Shown here: positions 20,214 through 32,940 of the stretch, one piece after another
Position numbering within the stretch: the stretch's first letter is position 1
How the letters are laid out: the number at the start of each line of letters is the position of its first letter
From: Priapulus caudatus
Lineage: Eukaryota
Assembly (NCBI RefSeq): GCF_000485595.1
Contig: NW_014577088.1
Coordinates: forward strand, 582,947-617,472
DNA: 34,526 bases
Direction: 5' to 3'
The notes under the pieces: model-generated
What the model was told of the DNA's origin: nothing
The model's input: the letters and a program-made list of their open reading frames with translations, nothing else
Databases searched by the model: none
Program-made: the position numbers and the translations under genes

Positions 20214-23192
20214 TGTCTGCGTGCTGCCGACCCTTGACCTTTGACCCTCCCCCGACGACGGGTTTAGCAATATGGACCGTACGACGGAGCGCGTCCGGTA
20301 TATTGAGCTAGTGTAGCGACGACGCCTGCTTGCATGAAACTCGAGCATGTTTAGTAAGCCTCGGTCTCCGACGTTTGGGGCTGTGATGTGTGGAACGCCG
20401 ACCACTGCAGTGTATGGTCAGGCGGAATGGTGTGATTTCATCGCTTCTTCTCTCTGGTGGTGATTGTGTGAGTTCGCGGCGACAGCTGTCATTCAGCCAT
20501 TGCGTTGTGTCCACCTACGTAGTTGGTTTTTTATTGAATTTTACTTTTTAACTCCAATGCCAGTCATTTGAACAGGTTAAGTTCGTTCCATTGCAAATGT
20601 TCACCTCGCCTTCTTTTAAATTGTAGCATCTTGATTGACCAAATAGCTTAAAAAACCGTTTACCTGGGCTTCTTACTGAGATAATATCGGTATATGAGTT
20701 CAGAAATGGTCACAATATGGCAGATATAATAGATTATTGCACACTGTATATGGAATGCCCTGCCACTAGACTTTCGGAATCAGTCATATTTTCATAGGCA
20801 TGCTCCTGGCCTTGTGTATATATCACTTCAAAACATGTGTATGCATGACAAAGGCAAAAGTTAAAAGGTCTATTAGCATTAAATCAGGTCCATGCAACAC
20901 ACATTTTGCTTATTTGGTAGCTAGCTAGCTATTCATTGTGGTTGTAACATTGGTAACCATGCAAGACAATGCTACCTGACGTAGATGTGAAATGGCATTT
21001 GGTCAAGTTGTTACCAAACTTGCTTAAAATTTTTGCCATGGTTAGTTCAGAAGTGACGTTACACCACTGAGGCAAACCACTACATGTATGCATAGTTAGA
21101 CATAACGCGAGAGAGGCAGCAACAAATGCACGTCATAAGTAAAATGATCTTTCCATGCATCTTCGCAAGACTTGCGAACAGTTATTGTTTAAAGTACATA
21201 TCCTCTAGGACCAGAATGTGGCGCCATCTATATGTAAAACATGTTATCAATAAGAACCACCTGTTCGATGGTGCGCCCCCCAACATACAAATCACTAGTT
21301 GGACTTAATTGGGGACTTATCTATAATATGTAGTGTAGCAGTACCATTTGATAACTGTTGCGCGCAAGGAAAAAAAGAACTCGTGGTTCTGTTATTGGAA
21401 CACATAGGAGATGTGAGGGTGATGTGAAGGTAGTAAATAGGGTGGATGGTTAAGCCACAATTGTAAAGAGAGCAGGCTTTTTAATGCTGTGGGCTAATTG
21501 TACTTTTACTGATGATAACTGCACAGAGACGAGGGTGTTTATTTATGTGCGTTGTGAGCGTGTGTTGATGAGAGTGAGTGCGTGCGTGTGCGTGCGTGCG
21601 TGAGTCCATGCACCCGGCCATATGCATTAGTGCGCGTATGTGTGTGTTGCCAATAGCAACGCGCCGCTGGCGACCTAGCATTGCAAATGAGGTATCATAT
21701 TTTGTATATATTTGCTGGTTGGACTCTGACTGCTGTGCAGGTAAGATTTTATGTTTTGGTTTTAGGTTTTATGTTTCCCAATCTTGGTTAGTGACGAGTA
21801 CAATTTATAACGACGCGTATTTGTATAGTAGTCCGTGGCCCACTCCGGCGTTCCTGTAGTGTTGTGCGTTTGTTATTATTGTTATTTATGCTTTTGCGGC
21901 GCCGCGATCGTGATCTCGTGCGCAGTGCTGCATTTTTACCATGTGATTTGTACGCACAATCGGTTGTCGCATTTCCCGTCGTTTTCGATTGTCACCCGTC
22001 AGCACACCTGCAGTGCGCAGCAACGTCGGTGCATGTTCTGGCACGTTGGGCGTAGCGTTTTCGCGCACATCTTCCGATTTCTCTGTGAACGACATTTATA
22101 TGCGCTAATGCACAAGTTTTTGCTGATAGCAGCTGATCGACAGCGGTGGTGGTCGTGTTCCCTCGTGTGGAGTATGTTTGTTGCGCGGCTGCTTGCCGCC
22201 TTCCCGAATCTGCACCGTGGATGGATGGCCCAGCGTGGTCGCGTCGTGCTGAACATTGGTTGTCGCTATATGCACACACAGGCTCGCGTAAAGTGCGACT
22301 CGAATGGCATGTGTAGGTGTTCCCTGCAGAGATACGTCTGCCTGCCTCCGTGCCTGCCTGCATGCCTACCTGTAACGCCTACCTGTCTGTAACGCTTTGA
22401 CAAAGAGAAGAGGATGAGAGAATGTATGGCAAAACTCTTCACGTGTGTGTTGGAACACGTACTTTTGGAACATCACTGCGCAAGCGTGGATGACAGGTGT
22501 GTGTGTGTGTGTGTGTGTGCGACATTTCACGTGGCCATGGTTTTCACTGAAGTTTTCGTGTTAAAGCTCATATACTGTCTAAAAGTGATCTTTCTAAAAA
22601 ATGTCAACTACATGCGTATGCGTTCTATAGTTATATTGTGCTATATTACGCATTTTAGTGATATAACTTCGTTTTTTGGATCGTCTAAAACAAGACGAAG
22701 TGTGGCAATTAGAAAAAGGTTTACTGTGACAAGAAAATAGGCTTGCTGAGCACGTGACAATATGACGATATAGCTGGTACCGGAAGATGTCAATAGATGG
22801 CGCTGACTATTATTTTGGCAAGGACTTGTTAATAGTGAAGAATTCGTTAAAAATGTGTCAAATGTAAATCTCGTCGTAAGAGACTGCCATCTTTGAAACT
22901 GTCATTCCTAAAGTTTTTAATGCCAGGTGATAATTTATTTGCACCGTACGATCTTATTGTGTGACGTAACTGTTTTAGCCTCGCGGGTGCACCCAGCTCG
23001 CTTCAATCACAGTTCGTCTTTTGTCAGCAGTTTTTCGGCGCATCCTTTGTGTTATTTTATCCCAGTGCATGGTGATAGCCATTCGCTACTGCTGTACGAA
23101 TCGTTATTCAAAGAAAGCGCGTTATTTTCACGAGCCTGTATCTGCACGTCTAGATTGTCGCGTGTGGGTAGAGGGGACGTTGCGTCTTCCAT

Positions 23193-25132
23193 CGTGTCAC
23201 GCTGTGCGCTGCACTTTCTAACGGTGTGTCACGCTGTGCGCTGCGCTCTCTAACGGTGTGTCACCCTGTGCGCTGCGCTCTCTAACGGTGTGTCACCATG
23301 TGCGCTGCACTCTCTAACGGTGTGTCACCATGTGCGCTGCGCTCTCTAACGGTGTGCCACCATGTGCGCTGCGCTCTCTAACGGTGTGTCACGCTGTGCG
23401 CTGCGCTTTCTAACGGTGTGTCACCATGTGCGCTGCGCTCTCTAACGGTGTGTCACCATGTGCGCTGTGCTCTCTAACGGTGTGTCACGCTGTGCGCTGC
23501 GCTCTCTAACGGTGTGTCACCATGTGTGCTGCACTCTCTAACGGTGTGTCACCATGTGCGCTGCACTCTCTAACGGTGTGTCACCATGTGCGCTGCGCTC
23601 TNNNNNNNNNNNNNNNNNNNNNNNNNCGCTAGGGCGGTGACACACGCGTTAGAGAGTGCCAGCGGCACAGCGTGACCCACCGTTAGAGGTGCAGCCTAGA
23701 AGTGACAGACCGTAGAGAGCGGCAGGCACAGCGTGACACTGTTAGAGAGCGCAGCGCACAGCGTACCACCGTTGAGAGCGCACGCGGGCACATGGTGAAT
23801 CACACCGTTTTTTTTTTTTTTGTTTTAGAGAGTGCAGCGCATATCGGTGACACACCGTTAGAGCGCCAGCGCACATGGTGACGGACCGTTAGACGAGGCG
23901 CAGCGACATGGTGACCCCCCGTTAGAGAGTGCGCGCCCTGGTGACCACGTTAGAGAGCGGCAGCGCACCTCGGTGACCACACCGTTCAGAGAGTGCATGC
24001 GGCCATCGGTGACAGCCCGTTACGACGAGGCGCAGCCGGCACATGGTTGACACACTCGTTAGAGAGCGCAGCGGCACACCAATTATGTGACACCCGTTAG
24101 GAGGGAGGCGCAGCGCACATGGTGACACACCGTTGACGAGCGCGAGCGCACATGGTGAGCACAGCGCGTTAGAGAGTGAAGCGCAGCAATGGGTGACCAC
24201 ACCGTTACGAAGTGGCAGCCTAGAAGGTGACACGAGCGCCACGGGGTGGGTCGCGTGTGCCGCCCCCCCCACGTTAGAGAGCAAGCCGCACAGCGTGACA
24301 CACGCGTTAGAGGAGCTGCAGGCCTAGAGGGATGACACACCGTTAGAGAAGCGCATGCGGTCACCGCGTGACACACCGTTAGAGAGCGCAGCCACAGCGT
24401 GACCCCACCGTTAGAGAGCGGCAGCGCAGCATGTGAACACGTTAGAGAGTGCAGCGCCTGGGTTTGGGGGACCCCACACCGTTGAAAGCGCAGCGCACAT
24501 GGTGACCACCGTTAGAGAGTGCAGCGCACATGGGTGAGGACACCGTTAGCACGAGTGGCAGCGCACATGGTGACACACCGTTAGCGAGTGCAGCGCAACA
24601 TGGTGACAGCACCGTAGAGCGGCGCCGCGGCACATGGTGACCACACGCGTTAGAGAGTGCAGGGACGATGGTGCCACCTTAGAGAGCGGCAGCGCACAGG
24701 CGACGACACCGTTAGAGAGCTGCTAGCGCACAGGATGACACACGCGTTAGCGAGTGCAGCGCAATGGTTGACACAGCCGTTAGAGAGCGCAGCGCACATG
24801 GTGACACAGACGTTCGAGCGCGGCAGCGCACAGGATTGACACAGCCGTTAGAGAGTGCAGCGCACAGGGATGCACACGCTGCGCTCTCTAACGGTGTGTC
24901 ACCATGTGCGCTGCACTCTCTAACGGTGTGTCACCATGTGCGCTGCGCTCGCTAACGGTGTGTCACGCTGTGCGCTGCGCTCTCTAACGGTGTGTCACGC
25001 TGTGCGCTGCACTCTCTAACGGTGTGTCACGCTGTGCGCTGCGCTCTCTAACGGTGTGTCACGCTGTGCGCTGCGCTTTCTAACGGTGTGTCACGCTGTG
25101 CGCTGCACTCTCTAACGGTGTGTCACGCTGCT
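23193..25132. repeat. 32-bp satellite (GTGTCACSMTGTGCGCTGCRCTCTCTAACGGT); central 23627-24870 block is reverse-oriented and indel-rich
   Basis: Clean forward copies at 23193-23601 and about 24872-25132. A 25-N gap at 23602-23626 is followed by noisy reverse-complement copies. Confidence 0.95.
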
Positions 25133-26100
25133 TCACATGATCGGACTGCACTCCACAGTATCGTCCGTGTTTCCACATCTTGCTGCGTCTCGCTGCGTAT
25201 TAGTGTCACATTTTAGAGCCTTGCTTGGGAGAGACAACGTCTCGGTGACACAGTGTCGCGGTGTCACCTTGTCTCATTGTTACTGTATTTCGGGCAGGTG
25301 GCTTGCAGGCTATGTGCCGTGGTATCTAATTGTATGTCACAGTGGTTCAATGCATCAGGCAGTGGCTCGCTACGTTTCGAGGCATTGACAGTGTGACTGT
25401 CTCTTTGTACGTAGTGTCACCCAGCGTTCGGTTCCAGTGAAACCAGCGTTTTGTGAAAGGGTTTAAGGTGGTCTGTGCATTGACATGCTACGCATACTGT
25501 AGAGAAGTGTGCAGCTATGTTTGCGCGGCTATCGGTTATGGTAACTGATTGCATGCGGAACGCACACTCGTCCGACGATCGTTAGGCAATTATAGTCAGG
25601 GATTTCTACAGGAATGCTACAGGAGGTTTATTTAACTATAGATTCGTTTAATCTGAATCTGTCCTGCAAACCAAAGATAGACTGCTTTTAGTAGCTTCAT
25701 CACGACTGCATGCTGCCCGCCGCTACTGTAGGTAGTGGGCTGCGTGGCGGTGACTTCTATACCATTGAGTCTACTACCAAGTGTCTGCACCAAATGTCTG
25801 CTACAGTAGGCTGACCGCAACAGGAAATAGTATAGCTGTAATAATTGTAAAATGAATTAATAAAAACGTTTCCATATTTAGCTAGGGCTCACTCGAAGGC
25901 GCACCGTTGCTACACTATACATTATTTACGCAAAAGGATGAAAAACCTTTGGTGCTAAATTTTGTGTTAAATCTTGCGTTAAAGCCCTTTCGTGACAGTT
26001 CAGAAGTCGGGGCGATTAATGTGGGATGACATGCGCACAGCGGCAGTTAGTTTGTTGTTATTGTTAATTTACGGTCGTTGACAACGAAGTCGGTTGTGCC

Positions 26101-26430
26101 TGTGTGCGCGCGTGCGTGCGTGCGTGCGTGCGTGCGTGTTCGCAAAAGAGAAGAAAGAGAGAAGAGAAGAGAAGAGAGAGAGAGAAAGGGAGCGGGAGAG
26201 AGAGGGGAGCGCGGGGGAGAGGAAGAGCGGGAGAGAGAGGGGAGCGCGGGGAAGAGGAAGAGCGGAAGAGAGAGGGAGGGAGAAGGGGGTGGGGAGAAAA
26301 AGTGAGTCGTGCAGAGCGAAAAAGACGGGTGAGAGAGACAGAGAAAAAGCAAGAGAGCGAGTGTGTGTGTGTGTGTGTGAGAGAGAGAGAACGAAGTAAG
26401 AACAAGAGCGAGAGCAACAGGGACGAAGAG
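26101..26430. repeat. (GCGT)n plus GA-rich low-complexity polypurine tract and short (GT)n/(GA)n
   Basis: Seen directly. Confidence 0.85.
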
Positions 26431-27277
26431 ATGGCGACAGATCGTAATGGTGATACGTAGAGATGTTGTAGCGTTAATTTAGCTGTCTTGGGTTTATGGG
26501 CACATTATATATATATAAATGTAGATATGAGGTAAGGTGTTTAGGGGGAAACATGGCGACGCCTCCCACGATGATTCCTAATTCATATGAAGCGTTAAAT
26601 GTGGAATTCGTAGTGGAAAAGATGCACAGTATATATAAGTAGAGTTATGGCATCTCATTGCGTCGCATGGTTTTGTTGGCTGTTGAAGGTGACCTCACTA
26701 TTCCCCTTGCTGTGATTAGCCGCTACTGCAGGTGACGTCATTATTACTCGGGCTGTATTTGGTGTTCCTACATGTTCATTGCCCGCAGCTCTCCTACGCA
26801 TATTATGTGTAATCATTGTTGTTGCATTTTCAATTGCTATATATATATACACACACATAATGTATATCTTTAATGTTCTTCTCATGAAACTTAATTAAAT
26901 ATATGAATACAGTTCGAGTTTTTGATAAAACAGTGGCTTTATATTTTATTGTCCGCGTAGCTGTGTTACTTAGCTGGTGTCGTTGCTTCATGCGATCCTA
27001 CAAATGCATGATTAATCATTGTTATCACTCGATATCATAACATGGACGTACGCAAATATTTGCCAACTATAGGCGTTCACTAATGTCGCGCGCAGTCGGT
27101 TCTAATGATTCAGACCTATCAAAGCCGCCAGGTGCCTCTGCGTAGTAGGTATCAAAGTCCGATCAATTGCGAGCGAAGGAACGCGTTTATCCACATTCGT
27201 AATTGCCAAATTTTCGACACCTATTCGTGATAAACATTGCTTGATCGTGCTCGTATTCGAGTATCGCGCGTTTTCCC

Positions 27278-27401
27278 GGCGCTACGGTGGAATCGTCGGC
27301 GGTGAGTGAGCGTCGTCGCATGTGAGGCGTGGCGCTACGGTGGAATCGTCGGCGGTGAGTGAGCGTCGTCGCATGTGAGGCGTGGCGCGATGACGGAATC
27401 G
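27278..27401 (+). repeat. 53-bp perfect tandem duplication plus a partial third copy overlapping the MARVEL start codon
   Basis: Units at 27278-27330 and 27331-27383. The third copy ggcgc-gATGac-ggaatcgt starts at 27384. Confidence 0.9.
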
Positions 27402-27545
27402 TACGCACGCGTCACGGTGACAACGACGAGGACCGTACTGAGTACAGCCGCTGACGGCACGGTGACGGTGCGCGACGTCATCAAGTACGGCTACAACACC
27501 GAATACATCAAGTCCATCCCCGGATGTATGCGGGCCGTTCAATAC
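27390..27545 (+). CDS. MARVEL-domain protein (CMTM/plasmolipin/MAL-like), coding exon 1
   Basis: ATG in gcgATGa context. MTESYARVTVTTTRTVLSTAADGTVTVRDVIKYGYNTEYIKSIPGCMRAVQY |gtaagt; YxKSxPGxxRxxQ is the MARVEL N-terminal motif; phase 0. Confidence 0.85.
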
Positions 27546-29047
27546 GTAAGTCATGCCGGCTCCGTTTGCGAATTGTCACCCCATCGTCATTTCACCGCCG
27601 AATACTATAATATATAATATATTATAATACTGTTCCGGCGGTGAACTGATATATATATATATGTATATTCACCGCCGGGGCAGCCACAAACAAAACACGA
27701 TAGATTGCTGTGACGTGTGTAGTCGAACATTGATCCCGTCTGTATGTATTCATGTGTTTTTTCTTTAGTTAATAAAATTCACTAGGCATATAGTTATCCC
27801 ATTTATAAGGTGATTGTAAATTAAATACGCACGCCTGATCATGGATATCTTTGTCTCCTGTTATATATTTCATCAAGAGCGTATTAAGAATGATTTCACC
27901 TCATCTTGATTGCACATTACCTGGCGTAAACCCTTTAGCTTCTACTGTCATTCAGTATGATTGGTGTTGCGTCGTCTTCTTTATCTCCTTTCATGTTGAT
28001 CTTGTTTTATTCAGTTGAAGCTCAACAGATCACCAGCTGTTTCTTGGGTTTCCTCGGTCTCCTTTCACTATGGTTGGTCTCAAAGTTAGCTGCATGAAAT
28101 AGTCATTTATTGCACGACGCATAGAGATTTAATGTCGTAGGCGTGGCTGCTGGCTAGGTCGTAGGTTCGGACGTGTTGGGTAGGGCTGTTACATATTAGT
28201 CTGCCTAAGCACTATTAATATCTTGACATTATAGAAGTGTCGCAGTTTTGTCGAGGTTTTATTACTTTAGGGTTTAAAGGCTGTGAGGAGTGAATATTGT
28301 CACCGACCGGTGCTGAAACAACGTCGTTGACTATTGCAGGGTGCGATATGAATAGAAGCATTAGGTGACAGAGAGTTCAGTATGGGAAACCACAGTTGGT
28401 TATATGATATTCGTAGAAATCGGAAGGTTAGAGCGATACAAGAGATGAACGAACATAGTAATGATGAGGTAGTATTCGATATTAGTCGTACATAGAGTTA
28501 AACAGTTTTCTGTGCAACTACTGTTCCCATGCTAGTCGATCGCAGGTTTCTGAATAATTTCAATGAAGTTATAAACTCGACAACAAAACAGCCAAAAAAG
28601 CCAAAGACACACGACAGGAGTATTGCATGCACGCTCAAGCCAACGATCGTGAACGCTCCCCGTGTGAAAGCGATGACTGCGTTGTTTTATCCAAACTGGC
28701 TAACTATTATATGCATTATGTAGCTACGCTACATACAGCGTTATCCAAAATATTGAATTAATTACAATATTTTTGTTAACATATATTATTTATTTCAATA
28801 TTTACAATACTTACATTTATTACAATTTATAACATTATTCCAATTGTCGGTAAACGGGTCTGTCACACCGCCCGGATTTATTAGATCACCCCATAAATAT
28901 ACCCGCGCACCCACGCGACTTTGGCATAGGCCTACATTTCTTGGTTACTCGGTGTGAAGCTTTCTCCACCCTAAGGTAAAATAACTCTCAACCGCATTCT
29001 CTATATATCCATGTCTGTGCAGTGGTTTGTATTATCTCTACTTTCAG

Positions 29048-29224
29048 TCATGCTGCCTTCTAGCCTTCATGTTCGTGTTTGCCGTGCAATGCTGCGCGGA
29101 CAAAGGTAGACGAACATACTTCGGCATTTGCACGGAGACGGCTTTCGTGACGTCACTTCTATTTTATCTACTGCGCCTGCTGTTCGTGCCGTGGTCGTAT
29201 CGTAAGATTCCGTGGCATCTCATT
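29048..29224 (+). CDS. MARVEL-domain protein, exon 2 (TM1-TM2)
   Basis: ctttcag| SCCLLAFMFVFAVQCCADKGRRTYFGICTETAFVTSLLFYLLRLLFVPWSYRKIPWHLI |gtaagt; 177 nt, phase 0/0. Ends with the IPW motif seen after TM2 in MARVEL proteins. Confidence 0.88.
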
Positions 29225-29647
29225 GTAAGTGAACGCGCGAATTACACTGCGCCACGAAGATGTAGATATCGATGCTAGTATATTGCTCTATTACAGGAAG
29301 CCCCATACCATGCACAACTGCAAATCAATGGCCAATTCTAAATTATATTCTTCTAGTTTTTCTTAACTTTCTACCGATATTTACCGATGAATTATACGCC
29401 ACTTTACCAAGCTGCTACATTTCTTCTACAAATACACGATCAATTGCAACATAAATTCCAGTAGATTTCATAGTGTTATAGACACTGAAGGATGACGTAC
29501 AAGCGACGTAGCCCGTATTCAGCATTGTGCGACAATCTTGCGCTGTGCACGTAGTAGCGCGTAGTTGTGTCACGTGACGCGCTCGATGGCGATCCGCGCG
29601 CTACGCCCGCTAGGTGTTTAATGCCGGCTGCGTCGTCATCACCGCAG

Positions 29648-29746
29648 GAGTTCGTCGAACAAGTCACGTGGTCGCTGATGCTCGTTGTTGCAGCTCCTCT
29701 GATGGCCGCGTGTGGCTGCAAGCAGTTCGGCTTCATCGTCGGAGTT
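29648..29746 (+). CDS. MARVEL-domain protein, exon 3 (TM3)
   Basis: accgcag| EFVEQVTWSLMLVVAAPLMAACGCKQFGFIVGV |gtaagt; 99 nt, phase 0/0. Confidence 0.85.
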
Positions 29747-30294
29747 GTAAGTTACACGGCGGCGGGCTTCATTTGGCATAATCATAAGCCAGTTGCCCAA
29801 TTTCGCTTGCGCATGCTCGGTAACCGCATTTCGAGCTCAGCTAATCATTGATTTTGGTTTTTCGAACTCAGCCATAGGCAGACGGTTGTCCTGTTGTCCC
29901 TTAATAATAAAGCGAAAACATTTCAGATGAACACTGTACTGAGGCGGAATGTACAAATGCTTTGTACAAATCTGAATGGTGTCGGGGCAATCATTGTGTA
30001 GCAATTATTACAATACGTGAGCAGAGAGCATTTGCTAGCCAAAACGTTCCACAGTGCGTCGCGCTTTTAACAATACGAAATCGAATTAATAATATTATGT
30101 CATTGATTAAATTCGTATAAGATCCGATGTAAGATACAATAATACGTTTCCCTTAACAAGTTGTATTACGTTATCTGAAGTTCATAATAGACAATATATT
30201 AGTTATTAACTTCTATTCGGGTATTATACGTATATATAACCTATTTTCTTATTGGTGTTATTTGTTATCAAGAGAGGTCCTGATGATGCAACTG

Positions 30295-30330
30295 TATACA
30301 CATACACACTGAAGCACGAACACACACACG

Positions 30331-30408
<78 letters not shown>

Positions 30409-30770
30409 CACACAACACATACGCATACCATGTAGACGCACATACACATCATCATCAACACACACAGACACACAGCACACACACAGCACACACACACACA
30501 CCAAACACCAACACACACTACGCACCTAACGCACGCACTACACCATACACCACACGACACAGGGCCACACAACATCACACACACACACACACACCCACAC
30601 ACACAATACACGCACACACACACACGCACGCACTACGCGACACACACTCAAGCACACACAACACAATACACACACGCACGCACCCGACCGCACTGCACGC
30701 ACGCACGCACACACACACGCACACACACAATGTGTATTTATATATAATAGTGTGTGTGTGTGTGTGTGTG

Positions 30771-30801
<31 letters not shown>

Positions 30802-30927
30802 GTGCCGTCGTGCTGCGTGGCGTGCGTGGCCTGTGTGTCCCGTGTGTGTTTGTGTGTCCGTGTGTGTGTGTGTGTCCGTGTTTATCTGTGTGTGTCCGTG
30901 TGTATCTGTGTGTGTCTGTGTGGCTGT

Positions 30928-30959
<32 letters not shown>

Positions 30960-31122
30960 TGTGTGTGTGGTGTGTGTCTGTGTGTGTGGCGCGTGTGCGT
31001 GTGTGTGCGTGTGCGTGCGTGTGTGTGCGTGTGTGTGCGTGTGTGTGTGTGTGCGTGTGTGTGCGTGTGTGTGTGCGTGTGTGTCCGTGCGTGTGCGTGC
31101 GCGTGTGTGTGTGCGCGCGCGC

Positions 31123-31160
<38 letters not shown>

Positions 31161-31225
31161 GTGTGCGGCGTGTGTGTATGTGCGTGCGTGCGTGCGTGCG
31201 TGCGTGCGTGTGCGTGTGCGCGTCC
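30295..31225. repeat. Degenerate (CA)n block followed by a degenerate (TG)n block, in intron 3 of the MARVEL gene
   Basis: CA-rich about 30295-30730 and TG-rich about 30750-31225, separated by a 20-nt AT-rich spacer. Confidence 0.9.
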
Positions 31226-31264
31226 ATGTGTTTTCTTTAATATATGAAATCATTGTTATTACAG

Positions 31265-31420
31265 GTCTTGAGTTTCGTAGCTCTTCTTGCTTACATCATC
31301 GGAGCAGTAATGTCATTTACAAAATGGCGGAATATCACTCACTGGTCTCATACCATGACTAGAAGAACGTCAGCCGTAACTACAGCCCAATCGACGACGA
31401 GGACGGCGACAAACACTTAG
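31265..31420 (+). CDS. MARVEL-domain protein, exon 4 (TM4 and Thr-rich tail, stop)
   Basis: ttattacag| VLSFVALLAYIIGAVMSFTKWRNITHWSHTMTRRTSAVTTAQSTTRTATNT TAG; phase 0. Total protein 195 aa; four coding exons as in the MAL/CMTM/PLLP genes. Confidence 0.87.
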   Translation, partial: VLSFVALLAYIIGAVMSFTKWRNITHWSHTMTRRTSAVTTAQSTTRTATNT

Positions 31421-32841
31421 CTATGTATTTGAACAAGGATCAAAGTGCTTGTATTACCGTATATATGTTATAATATTATAATATTATAATGTATATAATA
31501 TATAGATATAGATCGATCGATAGATAGATAGATAGATAGATAGAAGGTATATATATATAATTAGATATATCATATATTATACATGAATGAATCATGAAGC
31601 AATAATAATAACCTACTTTCTATTCATCACCATGGTCCATTTTTCGACGGTCCGTGTGCAGTCAGACTTTCTCCGATACATCTTCTGATGCTCTGTAGAC
31701 AAGTGTTTAAGACTGTTCACTGTTCTATATGTCTTTGGCTACTAAACTGAAAACACGCGCAGATGGTTTGATAAACGATTATGTCGGCCATGCACATTGT
31801 CTACGTTTAGTAGTCTTTCATGTCTCTACGTCCCAATCATCTACTAATGTTCTTACCTAGATTTTGCTAAATACAAGCGTTTGAGCGTTCGTTTGAAGCA
31901 TAGTTTGAGGCGTAATTTGTTTTTAAGAGGTGCTTTCGATGCGTTAAATTGTGCTATATAGACAGTTATTCATAAGAGTAGTATTTTTAAATGAACTCAT
32001 GCTATACCGTGATTTGCTACTAAATGATGTCTGTTGTAACGAAATCCTCAAGAAATTAAATACCTTCTGACGTAAAAACTTTAACCTCTAGTGAAACTAT
32101 ACAGTAAAAAAACTGGAAGGGATCTCAGCATACTCTATTCACGCGTAGTTCGCTGTCATCCTATACGTTTGTCAATCATGTAGGTAATAATAAATCATAA
32201 CGTGTTGTACATTGAATAGATATGAATGACGTCAATTGTGATTCATGTCAGTAAATTCATAATAACTTCATTATTTTAGGGCTGTATAATAAAATAATTG
32301 TAACGAGGAAAGCAGCCGGGCACTTTTTCTCCAGGATTCGCTCATGCCACCCAATTAACGGTTTATAAGCCCACCTTTAAACTGTTTAGATCAGTGGCAC
32401 AAATTCGTTACCAAACAAGATTCCCAGCTACATGAGTTTTTGCCCATTTAAAAATAGGCCGTGGCTACGCGTCGGTTACCGGACGCCCAGCTCCCAGGCT
32501 ACGCGTCCCGTCATATATTACTTATGTGAACCCAACTATGTTTTTCAGTAAAAAACAATAAACATTCAGTTTTTACCATAATATTACTTAACTTTAGGTA
32601 TTTTATCAAACAATGTGTTTTCGTAACTTGAAGCAATAGTAAATCCAGTAAAATCAACGATTTGAAAGAGGGCGTGGCCTAATTAATCGTGACGTGGATT
32701 TGGGAATCTGTGCTGAGCTTTGTGGATCGCCGGACGCGAGTTTTCAAACCGTAGGATGGCGACGCCAGATTGATGTATCACGCGTCTCTGATTGGTGCGT
32801 TGGGTTTACCCCGATGCATGCATGTATGAATGGCGCATCCA

Positions 32842-32940
32842 TCTAATACATATTTGAGTTCGTATGTATCTATGTATGTATGTATGTATGTATGTATGTA
32901 TGTATGTATGTATGTATGTATGTATGTATGTATGTATCCT
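32842..32940 (+). mobile_element. Helitron-like 5' end with (TATG)n microsatellite
   Basis: A|TCTAATACATATTTG is identical to the start at 13153, then (TATG)n at 32863-32936. The 3' end was not located. Confidence 0.55.

Noticed and set aside
21835..22392. 185-aa plus-strand ORF downstream of the RhoGAP stop
   Set aside because: No recognisable domain, codon bias or splice structure; Cys-rich low-complexity composition typical of non-coding TG-rich DNA.
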